Shown one piece after another: positions 39,001-50,497 of a stretch of 64,000 nucleotides of DNA. Position 1 is the stretch's first letter; each line of letters begins with the position of its first letter. The notes beneath the pieces were generated by a model. It did not search any database, was not told the origin of the DNA, and saw only the letters and a program-made list of their open reading frames with translations. A program made the translations under genes and the position numbers. The stretch comes from Azonexus sp. (GTDB taxonomy: Bacteria > Pseudomonadota > Gammaproteobacteria > Burkholderiales > Rhodocyclaceae), in contig JAYRMB010000003.1 of NCBI GenBank assembly GCA_041904995.1, positions 86,447 through 150,446 of the forward strand, given 5' to 3'.

Positions 39001-39605
39001 CAGTTCCCCCAGCGCTGCATCAGCGTATGCGTCACGCCGACCTGGTCCATGACGCGGGCGACGACAAAATCGACGATGTCCTGCACGCTTTCCGGATGGT
39101 GATAGAAGCCGGGCGAGGGCGGCAGGATGACGGCGCCGGCCCGGCTCAAACGCAACATGTTTTCCAGATGGATGGCCGAGAACGGCGTCTCGCGCGGCAC
39201 CAGCACCAGCTTGCGGCCTTCCTTGAGCACCACGTCGGCGGCGCGTTCGATCAGGTTATCGGCCAGGCCCTGGGCAATGGCGGCCAGCGTGCCCATCGAG
39301 CACGGGCAGACGACCATGGCGTCGGGCGGGTTGGAGCCGGAGGCGACCGGAGCGAACCATTCCTCGCGGCCATAGACGGCGAGCAGCTCGGGATCGACGC
39401 CGGGGTGGCGCTCGAGCAGCGCGGCGCGGGCATCGGCCGGGCGCGAGGGCAGCTCGAAATTCATTTCCTGGCGGGCGACGACCTGGGCGGCCTGCGAGTA
39501 AAGCAGCTGTACCTTGCAGCCGGCCGCCAGCAGGCAATCGAGCAGGCGCAGCCCGTAGGGCATGCCGGAGGCACCGGTCAGGGCGAGGCAGATGGTCTTA
39601 GGCAT
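39000..39605 (-). CDS. ubiX: Flavin prenyltransferase
   Basis: [33 protein letters not shown]. Confidence 0.95.
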   Translation of the reverse strand: MPKTICLALTGASGMPYGLRLLDCLLAAGCKVQLLYSQAAQVVARQEMNFELPSRPADARAALLERHPGVDPELLAVYGREEWFAPVASGSNPPDAMVVCPCSMGTLAAIAQGLADNLIERAADVVLKEGRKLVLVPRETPFSAIHLENMLRLSRAGAVILPPSPGFYHHPESVQDIVDFVVARVMDQVGVTHTLMQRWGN

Positions 39606-40134
39606 CGGAAGGTTCCGGGGCGGACGATTCAGCCAGCAGTTTAGCCGCGATCAGGCCGTTGATGGTGCCGAATACCAGCGCGGCCCCGGCGAAGACCGGC
39701 GTCAGCAGGAAAACGCCGTCGTGCGGAATGAGCCAGGCGCGGGCGAGCAGAAGTTGCCCGCCGATGTGGGCAAAGGCGGCGAAGATGGACAGGCTGACCG
39801 GGCCGAACCAGCGTTGTGGCAGGCGATGGGCCAGGCCAAGGGTGAGCAGGCTGAGCGTGGTGCCGGTCAGCGACAGGAAGAAACCGGGGGCGAGGAAATA
39901 GCCGAGCAGCAGGCTGCCGGCCAGCACGCGCAGGCCGCTGACCCAGACCGCCGTGGCCCAGCCGTAGCGCAGCAGCACGACCAGGGTGACGATGTTGGCC
40001 AGCCCCGGCTTGACGCCGGGCAGCGGGGACGGAATGGCCGCATCGACCAGCGACAGGGCGACGGCAGCGGTGGCCAGCCAGGCGACCCGGCGGTCTTCCT
40101 CGGTGACCTGGAGTTCAATAACTGATCGAGTCAT
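39598..40134 (-). CDS. Gx transporter / heptaprenyl-PP synthase component I family membrane protein
   Basis: [25 protein letters not shown]; paired with a NusG domain II gene. Confidence 0.85.
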   Translation of the reverse strand: MTRSVIELQVTEEDRRVAWLATAAVALSLVDAAIPSPLPGVKPGLANIVTLVVLLRYGWATAVWVSGLRVLAGSLLLGYFLAPGFFLSLTGTTLSLLTLGLAHRLPQRWFGPVSLSIFAAFAHIGGQLLLARAWLIPHDGVFLLTPVFAGAALVFGTINGLIAAKLLAESSAPEPSDA

Positions 40135-40492
40135 AGACCTTGGTCCGGCCGGTAATTTGCAGGCTGACGCGGTTGGGGGCGCAGATGGCGATTTCGCCGG
40201 GGCGCATCAGCCAGCCCTGCTTGACGCAATACTGGCGCGGCCCGGGATCGGCCACGACGCGGGCCCGGCCGGGCTCAACAGCAATCACCGTGGTGCCCAG
40301 CGGCCCCGGCACTTCGAGTTGGCGCTTGGCTTTCAGGTCCACTTCGGCGAAGACCTTGCCCTCTTGGCGCACGATGGCGCGGTCAGCCAGTCCACCCTGC
40401 CAAAATAAGGGCACGCTGCCGGCGACCAGGGCGGCACCGAGCAGGACGACCAGCCAGTCGCCCGGCCGGATCAGGGAAAGCCACGGCTTCAA
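40115..40492 (-). CDS. NusG domain II-containing protein
   Basis: N-terminal TM, CVKQGW, ICAPNRV; TTG start overlapping the rapZ stop. Confidence 0.82.
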   Translation of the reverse strand: MKPWLSLIRPGDWLVVLLGAALVAGSVPLFWQGGLADRAIVRQEGKVFAEVDLKAKRQLEVPGPLGTTVIAVEPGRARVVADPGPRQYCVKQGWLMRPGEIAICAPNRVSLQITGRTKVYDSISY

Positions 40493-41334
40493 TTGCCGGC
40501 CAGCGAACGGTGCCGGACGAGGACGCGGGCGTCGCCGTTGAATTGCTTGGCCAGCCATTCCGCCATGCATACCGAGCGATGCTGGCCGCCGGTGCAGCCG
40601 ATGGCCACCGTCAGGTAATTGCGGTTATCGCGGATGTAGGACGGCAGCCAGGTGGCGACGAAATTGCGGATGTCCTCGCGCATGCGGCGGAATTCGGCTT
40701 CCTTTTCCAGGAAGTCGATGACCGGCTGGTCGCGCCCGGTCAGCGGGCGCAGCGCCGGGTCGTAGTGCGGGTTGGGCAGGCAGCGCACGTCGAAAACGAG
40801 GTCGGCGTCGAGTGGGATGCCGTGCTTGAAGCCGAAGGATTCGAACATCAGGGTCAGGCCCTGGCCAGGTTCGGCTTCGATGAACTGGCGCACCCATTCG
40901 CGCAGGGCGTTGGCCTTCAGGTCGCTGGTGTCGATGCGGTTGCCCAACTGGCTGATCGGCTCCATCAGCACGCGTTCGGCGCGGATCGCCTCTTCCAGCG
41001 TCTGGCCGGCGGTGGCCAGCGGGTGGCGGCGGCGCGATTCCGAGTAGCGCTTGAGCAGGGTTTCCTCGTCGGCCTGCAGAAACAGGAAGTTGTGGCGTAC
41101 GCCTTCCTTGGACAAATTCTCCAGTTTGTCGGGCAGCAACTCGATGCCGCCGCCGGAGCGGGCATCGACCGCCACGGCGATCTTGCGGATGCCTTCTTCC
41201 TTCAGCATGCGGACGAGCACGGTCAGCATCACGACCGGCAGGTTGTCGACGCAGTAATAACCGGAGTCTTCCAGCAGATTGAGAGCGACCGACTTGCCCG
41301 AGCCGGACAGGCCGCTGATGAGAACGAGTTCCAT
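40489..41334 (-). CDS. rapZ: RNase adapter RapZ
   Basis: [42 protein letters not shown]. Confidence 0.95.
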   Translation of the reverse strand: MELVLISGLSGSGKSVALNLLEDSGYYCVDNLPVVMLTVLVRMLKEEGIRKIAVAVDARSGGGIELLPDKLENLSKEGVRHNFLFLQADEETLLKRYSESRRRHPLATAGQTLEEAIRAERVLMEPISQLGNRIDTSDLKANALREWVRQFIEAEPGQGLTLMFESFGFKHGIPLDADLVFDVRCLPNPHYDPALRPLTGRDQPVIDFLEKEAEFRRMREDIRNFVATWLPSYIRDNRNYLTVAIGCTGGQHRSVCMAEWLAKQFNGDARVLVRHRSLAGN

Positions 41335-41449
41335 GCGGTGCACAATAATCAAGCCGGCACGTCGCCGCAAGGCGCGGCATAATATTCGTCTGTGGCGGCG
41401 AGCCGGTCGGCTGTCGGCCGCCGCAGGCAAAGACAAGAAGGAGACGATC

Positions 41450-42622
41450 ATGGCCCCGACGATTCCCCAACTCCAGCTGCCTTTCCTGGCCGAACTGACG
41501 GCACTGCGCCGCGACATCCACGCTCATCCCGAACTGGCTTTCAACGAGACACGCACGTCCGACATCGTCGCCCGCGAATTGCAGCGCTATGGCTTGGAAG
41601 TCCATCGCGGCATCGCCAAGACCGGTGTGGTCGGCGTGCTGCGCGCTGGCACCTCGCAGCGCATGATCGGCCTGCGCGCCGACATGGATGCGCTGCCGCT
41701 GTGCGAAATGAACGAATTTCCGCATCACTCCAGATACCAAGGGAAGATGCACGCCTGCGGCCACGACGGACATACCGCCATGCTGCTCGGTGCCGCCCGC
41801 TACCTGGCCGAGAACCCCGATTTCGACGGCATCGCCGTCTTCATCTTCCAGCCGGCCGAGGAATCGGAAGGCGGCGCCGCGGTGATGATCGAGGACGGAT
41901 TGTTCGAGCGTTTCCCGGTCGAGGCCGTGTTCGGCCTGCACAACTGGCCCGGCATCCCGGTCGGCCAGATGATGGCCATGCCCGGCCCGGTCATGGCTGG
42001 CACCTGCGCCTTCGAGATCAGCGTGCGCGGCCACGGCTGCCACGCCGCCATGCCGCACCAGGGCGTCGATTCCATCGTTACCGGCGCGCAACTGGTGCAG
42101 GCCCTGCAGACCGTGGTCAGTCGCACGCTGCACCCTTGCGAATCGGCCGTGGTCAGCGTCACCCAGTTCCACGGCGGCGAAGCCTGGAACATCATCCCGG
42201 AAGAAGTGATCCTGCGCGGCACCATCCGCACCTTCAAGCCGGAAATCCAGGAAACCGTCGAGCGTGCCATCGAACGCCTGTGCAGTGGCATCGCCGCGGC
42301 CAACGGGGCGCAGATCAACGTCAATTTCGACCACCGCTACCCGCCGACCGTGAACAGCGTCGCCGAAGCCCGCTTCTGCCAGGAAGTGGCCAAGGAAGTC
42401 TTCGGCGAGGAACACGTGCTGACCGACATCCTGCCGTCGATGGGAGCGGAGGACTTCGCCTACATGCTCAACGAAAAGCCCGGCTGCTACGTCTGGCTCG
42501 GCAACGGCCCGGGCACGGGCGGCTGCACGCTGCACAACCCGCACTACGACTTCAATGACGAGTTGCTCACCCTGGGGGCGAGTTATTGGGTGCATTTGGT
42601 GCGGAGGTGGTTGGGGTCGTAG
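41450..42622 (+). CDS. M20D amidohydrolase (hippurate hydrolase-like)
   Basis: [44 protein letters not shown]. Confidence 0.93.
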   Translation: MAPTIPQLQLPFLAELTALRRDIHAHPELAFNETRTSDIVARELQRYGLEVHRGIAKTGVVGVLRAGTSQRMIGLRADMDALPLCEMNEFPHHSRYQGKMHACGHDGHTAMLLGAARYLAENPDFDGIAVFIFQPAEESEGGAAVMIEDGLFERFPVEAVFGLHNWPGIPVGQMMAMPGPVMAGTCAFEISVRGHGCHAAMPHQGVDSIVTGAQLVQALQTVVSRTLHPCESAVVSVTQFHGGEAWNIIPEEVILRGTIRTFKPEIQETVERAIERLCSGIAAANGAQINVNFDHRYPPTVNSVAEARFCQEVAKEVFGEEHVLTDILPSMGAEDFAYMLNEKPGCYVWLGNGPGTGGCTLHNPHYDFNDELLTLGASYWVHLVRRWLGS

Positions 42623-42679
42623 GGGTTTTAGGCGCCGAGCGCGAGTTTTTTTTGCTCTGGCGCCTGCTTCAACTGCTGT

Positions 42680-42922
42680 GTTCCGCCTTTACGGCGGGCG
42701 TACTTTCTTCTTGCTTCGCCAAGAAGAAAGTAGCCAAAGAAGAAGGCGACCCGGGGTCGGCGCCCGCTGCGCGGGTACCCTGCGCTACTCGACGGTCGGG
42801 GCACCCCAAGAGTACTTCTTCGCGATGCTCAGGGCGCGGCTGGCTAAACTCGCCTTCGGCTCAAACAACGCCAGCCGACGGCTCCCCGCCCGCCTGCGTT
42901 GCTCGGCGCCTCCCACGGGGGT
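42680..42922 (+). repeat. ~240-bp intergenic repeat element, copy 1
   Basis: Blocks TTCCGCC..GGCGGGC.TACTTT..CTTGCTT.GCCAAGAA..AAGTAGCCAAA and GGCTGGCTAAACTCGCC..ACAACGCCAGCCGAC recur inverted at 43121-43333. Confidence 0.8.
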
Positions 42923-43005
42923 TGAAAACCGAACGTATGCTGACAGGAGGGCGTTTGGTTTTTTGCCTTTTTAGGCAGTGCACCGCAGCAGTCACTATTT
43001 CTAAG

Positions 43006-43087
43006 GTCATTCCCGCGTAGGCGGGAATCCAGAAATGACGCCAAAGCCTTTCACTCAGCACTGGATTCCCGCCTACGCGGGAATGAC
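43006..43087. repeat. REP/dRS3-like inverted pair
   Basis: GTCATTCCCGCGTAGGCGGGAATCCAG and its exact reverse complement, 28 bp apart; ATTCCC-N8-GGGAAT core. Confidence 0.9.
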
Positions 43088-43120
43088 GCAGAAGGCGCAT
43101 CAGCAGCATGCGGTTTTCTG

Positions 43121-43333
43121 GGCCCCTTGAGAGGCGCTGAGCAACGCAGGTTGGCCGGGGGCAGTCGGCTGGCGTTGTCTGAGCCGCGCAGCGGCGAGTT
43201 TAGCCAGCCGCCCGGCCGGCCGAGTAGCGGAAGGGATTGGGCGTAGCCCAACGCCGACCCAGGGGTGGCCTTCTTTTTGGCTACTTTTTCTTGGCCAAGC
43301 AAGAAAAAGTAAGCCCGCCGTCAGGGCGGAAAG
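43121..43333 (-). repeat. Intergenic repeat element, copy 2 (inverted)
   Basis: Diverged inverted copy of 42680-42922. Confidence 0.8.
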
Positions 43334-43434
43334 CAGAGGTCGATCTTTTTAAAAAGTCCCCAACAGTTGGTAAAGCGACCTTTAATCAGCCCGAAGCCAC
43401 TGCTGCGGTGCACAGCCAAAAAAGGCAAAAAACC

Positions 43435-43746
43435 TCAGGCCGCCGGCCGTCCCACCACCGCCAATGCCGGCTTATCCGCCACGCCCTTGCGCAAGGTCAG
43501 ATAACGCAAACAACTCACCCGCAAAAACGACGCGAAGTTGTCGATCTCCCCGCGATATTCGAGCAGCTCGTCGTACAGCTTGGCGATCAACTGATTGGTT
43601 GTATAGCCGTCACTCGCGGCGATTTCCGCGAGGATGTCCCAGAAGTGGTTTTCCAGCCGTATCTTGGTGACGCACCCGTGTATGCGCAGCGAACGCGAGC
43701 GCGATTCGTAGAGCATGGGGTCGGCCTTGACGTAGATTTCGCACAT
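43435..43746 (-). CDS. Ribbon-helix-helix domain protein
   Basis: SRSLRIHGCVTKIRLENHFWDILAEIA, NFASFLRVSCL. Confidence 0.88.
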   Translation of the reverse strand: MCEIYVKADPMLYESRSRSLRIHGCVTKIRLENHFWDILAEIAASDGYTTNQLIAKLYDELLEYRGEIDNFASFLRVSCLRYLTLRKGVADKPALAVVGRPAA

Positions 43747-43769
43747 GGGACACCTCGCGGGTGGATGGA

Positions 43770-44351
43770 TCAGGCTTCGATGCGGCTACCGAGAACCTGC
43801 AGGAACTTGGCCAGCCAGTCCGGGTGGGCCGGCCAGGCGGGGGCGGTGACCAGATTGCCGTCGACGATGGCCTGGTCGACCGGAATGGTGGCGTATTTGC
43901 CGCCGGCTGCCGTGACTTCCGGGCCGCAGGCCGGGTAGGCGCTGCACGAACGGCCGCTCAGCACGCCGGCAGCGGTGAGCAGCTGGGCGCCGTGGCAGAT
44001 GGCGGCGATCGGCTTGCCGGCATCGGCGAAGTGCTTCACGGCGGCGAGCACTTCCGGGTTCAGGCGCAGGTATTCCGGGGCGCGGCCACCGGGAATGACC
44101 AAAGCATCGTAATCAGCCGCCTTGACGTCAGCGAAGCTGGCGTTGAGGGTGAAGTTGTGGCCGGGCTTCTCGCTGTAGGTCTGATCGCCCTCGAAGTCGT
44201 GCACGGCGGTCTTGACCTGCTCGCCGGCCTGCTTGCCGGGGCAGACCGCATGCACGGTGTGGCCGACCATCAGCAGGGCCTGGAAAGGCACCATGGTTTC
44301 GTAGTCTTCGGTGAAATCACCGGTGATCATCAGGATTTTCTTGGCTGCCAT
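43770..44351 (-). CDS. DJ-1/PfpI family protein
   Basis: [31 protein letters not shown]. Confidence 0.93.
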   Translation of the reverse strand: MAAKKILMITGDFTEDYETMVPFQALLMVGHTVHAVCPGKQAGEQVKTAVHDFEGDQTYSEKPGHNFTLNASFADVKAADYDALVIPGGRAPEYLRLNPEVLAAVKHFADAGKPIAAICHGAQLLTAAGVLSGRSCSAYPACGPEVTAAGGKYATIPVDQAIVDGNLVTAPAWPAHPDWLAKFLQVLGSRIEA

Positions 44352-44432
44352 CGTTGTCTCCTCTAGGTGTAGTTGGCGAAACGATTGTGCGCGCCTTCCA
44401 TGTCAGGCGGGTAGCAATCCCATGCTACAAGA

Positions 44433-45350
44433 CTACGTATTGGCGATCAGGTTCCCGTCTTCGAGTTGCAGCGCGCCGACCAGCAGCAATTCGCGCTCGA
44501 TGCGCTCGATCAGCCGGTCTTCGGCCAGGCCGAGGATGCGTTGATTGACGTCGGCGGCGAAGGGCAGGCCGAGGATGAAGGCGGCGAAATCCTTCTGGGG
44601 AATGCTGCGCCGCTCCAGCATGGCGAAGGAGACGATGACCTTGATGCCGTGCCAGGCCAGTTTGTCGAGCTGCTGCTCGAACATCTCCAGGCGGCGGAAG
44701 GCGCGGTCGAGCGCCACGTCGACTTCGCCGAAAGGGCGGCCGTGGCCGGGAATAACGGTGTCGATGGCGAGCCGGCCGAGCATTTCCAGCGTCGCCCGTG
44801 TGCAGGCGATGCCGTCGCCCTCGCCGAGCAGCTCGGGAAAGATGACGCCGAAGCCGTTTTCCCACAGGGCATCGCCCGAGATTAGCAGGCGCTGTTCCGG
44901 GTTGTAGTAGGCCAGCGCTTCCATGTCGTGGCCGGGCACGGCCAGCGCCTGCCAGTTGAGGCCGCCGAGTTCGAGTTCGTCGCCGGCCATGATCACACCA
45001 TCGTGCTGGAAGCGGGCGCCCTGCTGGCCGAGTGGTGAAAGGAGCAGGGCGTTTTCGTCCCAGTCGGCGATGGTCGCGTGCAGGCCAGCCGGCACCAGGA
45101 TGTCGCAGGCGAAGGCGGCCTTCAGCGCCGCGTTGCCGCCGATGTGGTCGGAGTGCGAGTGAGTGTTGATCAGGCGCGTGAGTTGTCGGCCTGCCAAGGC
45201 GTGCCGGACCAGCTCGACCGTTTGTGCGGCGTGCGTGACGTAGCCGCTGTCGATCAGCGTGGCCCGCTCGCCTTCGAGAAACAGGATGTTGTTGGCCGAC
45301 AGCCAGCCGCGCTCAAGGACGCGCAGTGTGTCGGGCAGCGCCGGACTCAT
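44433..45350 (-). CDS. Metallo-beta-lactamase-fold hydrolase
   Basis: THSHSDHIGG, PGHD, SGDAL, PGHG. Confidence 0.9.
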   Translation of the reverse strand: MSPALPDTLRVLERGWLSANNILFLEGERATLIDSGYVTHAAQTVELVRHALAGRQLTRLINTHSHSDHIGGNAALKAAFACDILVPAGLHATIADWDENALLLSPLGQQGARFQHDGVIMAGDELELGGLNWQALAVPGHDMEALAYYNPEQRLLISGDALWENGFGVIFPELLGEGDGIACTRATLEMLGRLAIDTVIPGHGRPFGEVDVALDRAFRRLEMFEQQLDKLAWHGIKVIVSFAMLERRSIPQKDFAAFILGLPFAADVNQRILGLAEDRLIERIERELLLVGALQLEDGNLIANT

Positions 45351-45520
45351 TCGGCCTCGTCGTTGCTGGCTTGGGTCTTGGCCGGAGCCGGTGGAGCGAC
45401 CTCGATGGCAACTTCCGGCGAGCCTAGCGGCGGACGGCCGCAGCCCATGCAAACGCCGGTTTCCGGGTCGGACATGCAGACGCCGACGCAGGGGTAGAGG
45501 TCTTCGTTGTCGTCGCTCAT
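45347..45520 (-). CDS. Small Cys-rich DUF1289-like protein
   Basis: PCVGVC..DPETGVCMGCGR. Confidence 0.7.
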   Translation of the reverse strand: MSDDNEDLYPCVGVCMSDPETGVCMGCGRPPLGSPEVAIEVAPPAPAKTQASNDEAE

Positions 45521-45708
45521 GCGTGGGCTTTCGCGGGGCTGGCCGGAGCGCTTTGGCGGCGCTCGGCGATCTTGTCGAGGATGAGCTGGCGCGCCGTGTC
45601 GTCGAGGCGGGACCAGGCGCTGATTTCGTCGATGGTGCGGTGGCAGCCGAGGCAAAGCCCGCTGTGGCTGTCCATCTTGCAGATGTTGATGCAGGGGGAG
45701 GGAATCAT
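45517..45708 (-). CDS. DUF1289 family protein
   Basis: SPCINICKMD..GLCLGCHRTIDEISAW. Confidence 0.85.
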   Translation of the reverse strand: MIPSPCINICKMDSHSGLCLGCHRTIDEISAWSRLDDTARQLILDKIAERRQSAPASPAKAHA

Positions 45709-45876
45709 GGAGCGTCAGAGCCGGTGAATTTTTCGGGCGCGCCCGAGGAACGCGTTCAAGTGCGCCCGATCAAGGCGCAAAGCGGAGTCATAGCTCGGGC
45801 TATGGCGAGCATTTGCAACGCGGAGCGGGTGCGCTTGGGCAGGGGCAGCGGGGGCGAACGAGAATTTCACAGGCTC

Positions 45877-46866
45877 TCAGATAATCATGAAGCGGTGTTG
45901 CTCGTCGCGCACCATTTCGACGGCCTCGAGGGCTTCGTCGCGGCTGATGCGGGCGAGCATGGCCAGATGAAGACGCCGGTCGCGGGCAGTTAGTTCCGGA
46001 AAAGTGATGGTATGCACGCTGGCATCGTCGGCCGGCACACTCTGGATGACACCGAGGCGATCCACGGTCAGGCTGACCGGCGTCAGGCGCAGGGCCGGTT
46101 CCGGACTCATCAGGTAGTCGGCCAGCGTATCGATCAGGTGCTCCGGCATCAGCGATTCGGCCTTGGCACGCAACTGGGCGTCGAGTTCGGCCAGATGGCG
46201 GGTCGCGCAATCGTAAGCCTGCTTGCTGCTGTGACCGTTCAGGACGGTGATGTGATTGCGCTCTTCGGTGACGTCGGCGCGCAGTCCGTCGCGCTCGCCG
46301 CGCAGCGCTTCGACGTGCGAACGGAAGGTGTGCAGCAGGCTTTCGAAGGTCTTGCAGCGTAGTCCGTGCAGCGTGGCTTCGAGCTGGCAGTTGGGCTCGA
46401 TCAGGGTCTGACCGGAGAAATAGAGCACCGTCTGCGGCACGTCGTTGCGGATGACGTCGCCCTGCTGTGCCATGCCGAGCTGTTTCTTTTCCTGGCGGCG
46501 GGCAGCGAGCATGGCGTAGAAATAATCGTCTTCCCACGAGCAGGGTTCGGCCAGATAGTCGCGGATGGCCTGGCTGCGGCCGAGCATCTGGTCGATGTCG
46601 GTGGCGGTAGCGAACAGCGAATGGATCAGCGGGTCGTTGGAGAACGCCGGGCGACTGATCTCGACCGGGCCGGGCAGGCTGGCGACCAGGCCGTCGCAAT
46701 AACCCAGGGCATAGTGCACCGGGCCGCTCAGTTTCTTTTCGAAACTGCCGACCGTGCGCAACAGGGGATCGACCAGCTCGCACACGCGGTCGAGCGCGCG
46801 CCGCACGTTTTCGTCCGGCGCTGGGGCGGGGTGCAGTAGTTCGGAAACGGCGGAGAAGAAGCTCAC
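45877..46866 (-). CDS. Hypothetical protein
   Basis: Long ORF with backbone codon style; GTG start overlaps the HMG-CoA lyase stop. Confidence 0.75.
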   Translation of the reverse strand: MSFFSAVSELLHPAPAPDENVRRALDRVCELVDPLLRTVGSFEKKLSGPVHYALGYCDGLVASLPGPVEISRPAFSNDPLIHSLFATATDIDQMLGRSQAIRDYLAEPCSWEDDYFYAMLAARRQEKKQLGMAQQGDVIRNDVPQTVLYFSGQTLIEPNCQLEATLHGLRCKTFESLLHTFRSHVEALRGERDGLRADVTEERNHITVLNGHSSKQAYDCATRHLAELDAQLRAKAESLMPEHLIDTLADYLMSPEPALRLTPVSLTVDRLGVIQSVPADDASVHTITFPELTARDRRLHLAMLARISRDEALEAVEMVRDEQHRFMII

Positions 46867-47795
46867 TCGGTGCTGGCGCAAATGGCCCGGCCGGCCTTGG
46901 CGCCGTTCGGGCGGTTGATGGCACTGGAAATCCAGTTGCCGACAACCGCCAGTTTAGCCAGATCGATGCCGGTTTCAATGCCCAGGCCGTGCAGCAGATA
47001 AACCACGTCTTCCGTCGCCACGTTGCCGGAGGCCCCCTTGGCGTACGGGCAGCCGCCCAGGCCGGCAACCGAGGCGTCGAAGGTGGCCATGCCCATCTGC
47101 AGCGAGGCGTAGATGTTGGCGATGGCCATGCCGTAGGTGTCATGGTAGTGGCCGGCCAGCTTGGCGATGGGCACGACGCGGGCGCAAGCCTCGATCATGC
47201 GCTGGATGCTGGCCGGGTTGCCGACGCCGACCGTGTCGCCCAGCGACACCTCGTAGCAGCCCATGTCGTACAGCGTCTTGGCCACTTCGGCGGCCTTCTC
47301 CGGTGCGACGGCACCCTCGTAGGGGCAGCCGACGACACACGAGACATAGCCGCGGACCTTGATTTCCAGCGCCGAGGCGGCCGAGACGACCGGCTCGAAG
47401 CGCTTCAGGCTTTCGGCGATGGAGCAGTTGATGTTCTTCTTGGAGAAGGCTTCGGAAGCGGCGCCGAAAATGGCTACTTCCGTTGCGCCGGCCTGCACGG
47501 CTGAATCGAAGCCCTGCAAATTTGGCGTTAACACGGGGTACACCGCGCCCCGCAGGAAGTCACCTTGGGTGGCAGCAGGGTGCTTTTTGATGCCCTGCAT
47601 GACCGCGCTGTTGTCGCCCATCTGCGGCACCCACTTCGGCGAGACGAAGGAGGTGGCCTCGATGACGCGCAGCCCGGCCTCGGCCAGGCGCTCGATCAAT
47701 TCGATCTTGGTCTCGGTCGGGACGACCTGTTTCTCATTCTGCAGCCCGTCGCGCGGGCCGACTTCGACGATTTTGACGCGGGTGGGGAGGGGCAT
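46863..47795 (-). CDS. liuE: Hydroxymethylglutaryl-CoA lyase
   Basis: [40 protein letters not shown]. Confidence 0.95.
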   Translation of the reverse strand: MPLPTRVKIVEVGPRDGLQNEKQVVPTETKIELIERLAEAGLRVIEATSFVSPKWVPQMGDNSAVMQGIKKHPAATQGDFLRGAVYPVLTPNLQGFDSAVQAGATEVAIFGAASEAFSKKNINCSIAESLKRFEPVVSAASALEIKVRGYVSCVVGCPYEGAVAPEKAAEVAKTLYDMGCYEVSLGDTVGVGNPASIQRMIEACARVVPIAKLAGHYHDTYGMAIANIYASLQMGMATFDASVAGLGGCPYAKGASGNVATEDVVYLLHGLGIETGIDLAKLAVVGNWISSAINRPNGAKAGRAICASTE

Positions 47796-47811
47796 GGTGA
47801 ATGCTCTGAGA

Positions 47812-48459
47812 CTAATGGTGGGAAGAGGCGGCAACGCCGACCATGACGATAAGCAGCAAGGGGATCGCCGCAATAATCAGCACGCCATCCGCGGCCAGGG
47901 TTATCGGGGTCAGCAAGACCTTCCCAGCCGTTGATGCCGCTTTGGCTCCGGCAGATTTTTCGACCGAAACGCTGATCGTGTATTCCTTACGCAGCTTTTG
48001 CGAGGCGGCGGTGGCTTCGATCCCATTGGCCGCATAGCGCGTGCCGGCGAGCGTGCCATTGAGGCTCAGATCGCCACTGGGGTTGGCTTTGAAGCCGGCC
48101 GCGAGCGCCTTGTCCTTTTGGCCCGGACTGGCGTTCTTGCCAATGCGCAATACGTATCCGCCGGCAATGCGCTGGTTCGCATCGACCTTGAAGGTGAAGA
48201 AACTGACCTCGACGACTTCGCGGAGTTCCGGCTGCAAGACGGTCTTGATCGCTTCGGGGGCGTCGAACAGGTAATGAAACTCCTTGCCGATAACTGCCAG
48301 TGTCTTTCCGTCGGCGGAAATCAGCACAGACCCAACCTTTTCAGTGTAGGTGTCGTAATTGCTGCCACCTCCGACGACGGCCGAGGTGATACATCCCATC
48401 GACATGGGAATGGCCGCCATGCCGCCGACGAAGAGCAGTTTTCTGCGCAGTGAGTTCAT
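47812..48459 (-). CDS. Putative lipoprotein
   Basis: MNSLRRK plus hydrophobic stretch and lipobox SMG-C23; hydrophobic C-terminal tail. Confidence 0.7.
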   Translation of the reverse strand: MNSLRRKLLFVGGMAAIPMSMGCITSAVVGGGSNYDTYTEKVGSVLISADGKTLAVIGKEFHYLFDAPEAIKTVLQPELREVVEVSFFTFKVDANQRIAGGYVLRIGKNASPGQKDKALAAGFKANPSGDLSLNGTLAGTRYAANGIEATAASQKLRKEYTISVSVEKSAGAKAASTAGKVLLTPITLAADGVLIIAAIPLLLIVMVGVAASSHH

Positions 48460-48492
48460 ACCGGGCAAACGATCAGGTGAATGATCGAGTCA

Positions 48493-50493
48493 TTATGCCT
48501 CGTTCTCGAACTCGACCAGCGCCGCGCCGTCGCTGACCTGCTCGCCGGCCGCATAGCAGAAGGCTTTCAGCGTGCCGGCGGCGGGGGCGGTGATGGTGTG
48601 CTCCATCTTCATGGCTTCGAGGATCAGCAGCGGCGTGCCTTTCTCCACCTTCTGGCCGGGCTGGGCGAGCAGGGCGACGACCTTGCCGGGCATCGGCGCG
48701 GTCAGGCCGCCGCCGTGGCTGTCGCCGGCATCGACGCGGTGCAGCGGATCGTCGCGCAGCAGCGTGTAGGTGCTGCCCTGCAGGAAGATGCTGCGCTTGT
48801 CGTCCACCGCCACCACCGAGGCGATTAGCCGGCGGTCGTCGAGTTCGACGGCAAAGCGGTCGCCGTCGAGCTTCTTTCCGCGTGCTGCGGTGCACTCGCC
48901 ATTCAGGGTGATTTTCCAACTGTCGCGGCCGTAGCGGACCTGCACGTCGACCAGCGTTTCGCCATCCTTGAAGCTGATGGTGCGCGCGGCTGACAGGTTC
49001 ATGCGCCAGCCGTCGCGGGCGTGCCAGGGCGAGAATGGATCGCCGCTCGCCTTGGCGGCCTGCTTGGCTTCATGTTGTTCCCACAGCAGTTCGCCGACCG
49101 TGGCGACGAGCAGCGCATCGCGCGGCACGGGCTGGGCGGCGGGGAAGAGGAAATCCTTCTGCCGTTCGATCAGGCCGGTGTCGAGATCGGCGCCGGCGAA
49201 GGCCGGGCAGGCGACGAGGCGGGACAGGAAGTCGATATTGGTCGTCAGACCGGCTACCTGATAGTCGGCCAGTGCCTTGCGCATGCGGGCCAGCGCGCCG
49301 TCGCGCGTTTCGTCCCAGACGATCAGCTTGGCGATCATCGGATCGTAGTAAGGCGTGATCTCATCGCCCTCCTCGACGCCCGTATCGACGCGCACGTTGA
49401 TCGATTCGGCCGGCGGCAGCAGGCGGATGAGCTGGCCGGTGGCGGGCAGGAAGCCCTTGTTGGCATCTTCGGCGTAGATGCGCGCTTCCAGCGCATGGCC
49501 GCGGATTTCCAGTTGTTCCTGCTTGAGCGGCAGCGGCTGGCCGGCGGCCACACGCAACTGCCATTCGACCAGATCCTGGCCGGTGATCATCTCGGTGACC
49601 GGATGCTCGACCTGCAGGCGGGTGTTCATCTCCATGAAGTAGAAGGTGCCGTCCTGGTTGGCGATGAACTCGACCGTGCCGGCGCCGACGTATCCGACCG
49701 CCTTGGCCGCGGCGACGGCCGCTTCGCCCATCTGGCGGCGGCGCTCCTCGCTCATGCCGGGGGCCGGCGCCTCTTCCAGCACCTTCTGGTGGCGGCGCTG
49801 CACCGAGCAGTCGCGCTCGAACAGGTAAACGCAGTTGCCGAGCTTGTCGGCGAACACCTGGATTTCGATGTGGCGCGGCTTGGTGATGTATTTCTCGATC
49901 AGCACGTGGTCGTCGCCGAAGCTGGACAGCGCCTCGCGCTTGCAGGAAGCCAGGGCGTCCGGGAAGTCCTCGGAACGCTCGACCAGGCGCATGCCCTTGC
50001 CGCCACCCCCAGCCGCTGCCTTGATCAGCACCGGGTAGCCGATCTTCTCGGCTTCATCATGAAGCAACGTCGGGCGCTGGTCGTCGCCGTGGTAGCCCGG
50101 CGTCAGCGGCACATTGGCCGTGCCCATCAGCTTCTTGGCTTCCGACTTCGAGCCCATGGCGCGGATGGCCGAAGCCGGCGGGCCGATGAAGACGAGGCCG
50201 GCCTGGGCCAGGGCTTCGGCGAATTCCTCGTTTTCCGAGAGGAAACCGTAGCCCGGATGCACCGCCTGCGCGCCGGTGCGCTTGCAGGCTTCGATGATCT
50301 TGTCGGCGACCAGATAGGACTCGCGCGCCGCGGCTGGGCCGAGCAGCACGGCCTCGTCGGCCAGGCGAACGTGACGGGCGTTGGCGTCGGCTTCGGAATA
50401 GACGGCGACGGTGCGAATGCCCATGCGGCGGGCCGTTTTGATGACGCGGCAGGCGATTTCTCCGCGGTTGGCGATCAGAATCTTGGTGAACAT
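48493..50493 (-). CDS. liuD: 3-methylcrotonyl-CoA carboxylase alpha (biotin) subunit
   Basis: LIANRGEIA, HPGYGFLSEN, EMNTRLQVEHP, EAMKME. Confidence 0.93.
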   Translation of the reverse strand: MFTKILIANRGEIACRVIKTARRMGIRTVAVYSEADANARHVRLADEAVLLGPAAARESYLVADKIIEACKRTGAQAVHPGYGFLSENEEFAEALAQAGLVFIGPPASAIRAMGSKSEAKKLMGTANVPLTPGYHGDDQRPTLLHDEAEKIGYPVLIKAAAGGGGKGMRLVERSEDFPDALASCKREALSSFGDDHVLIEKYITKPRHIEIQVFADKLGNCVYLFERDCSVQRRHQKVLEEAPAPGMSEERRRQMGEAAVAAAKAVGYVGAGTVEFIANQDGTFYFMEMNTRLQVEHPVTEMITGQDLVEWQLRVAAGQPLPLKQEQLEIRGHALEARIYAEDANKGFLPATGQLIRLLPPAESINVRVDTGVEEGDEITPYYDPMIAKLIVWDETRDGALARMRKALADYQVAGLTTNIDFLSRLVACPAFAGADLDTGLIERQKDFLFPAAQPVPRDALLVATVGELLWEQHEAKQAAKASGDPFSPWHARDGWRMNLSAARTISFKDGETLVDVQVRYGRDSWKITLNGECTAARGKKLDGDRFAVELDDRRLIASVVAVDDKRSIFLQGSTYTLLRDDPLHRVDAGDSHGGGLTAPMPGKVVALLAQPGQKVEKGTPLLILEAMKMEHTITAPAAGTLKAFCYAAGEQVSDGAALVEFENEA

Positions 50494-50497
50494 GTAT

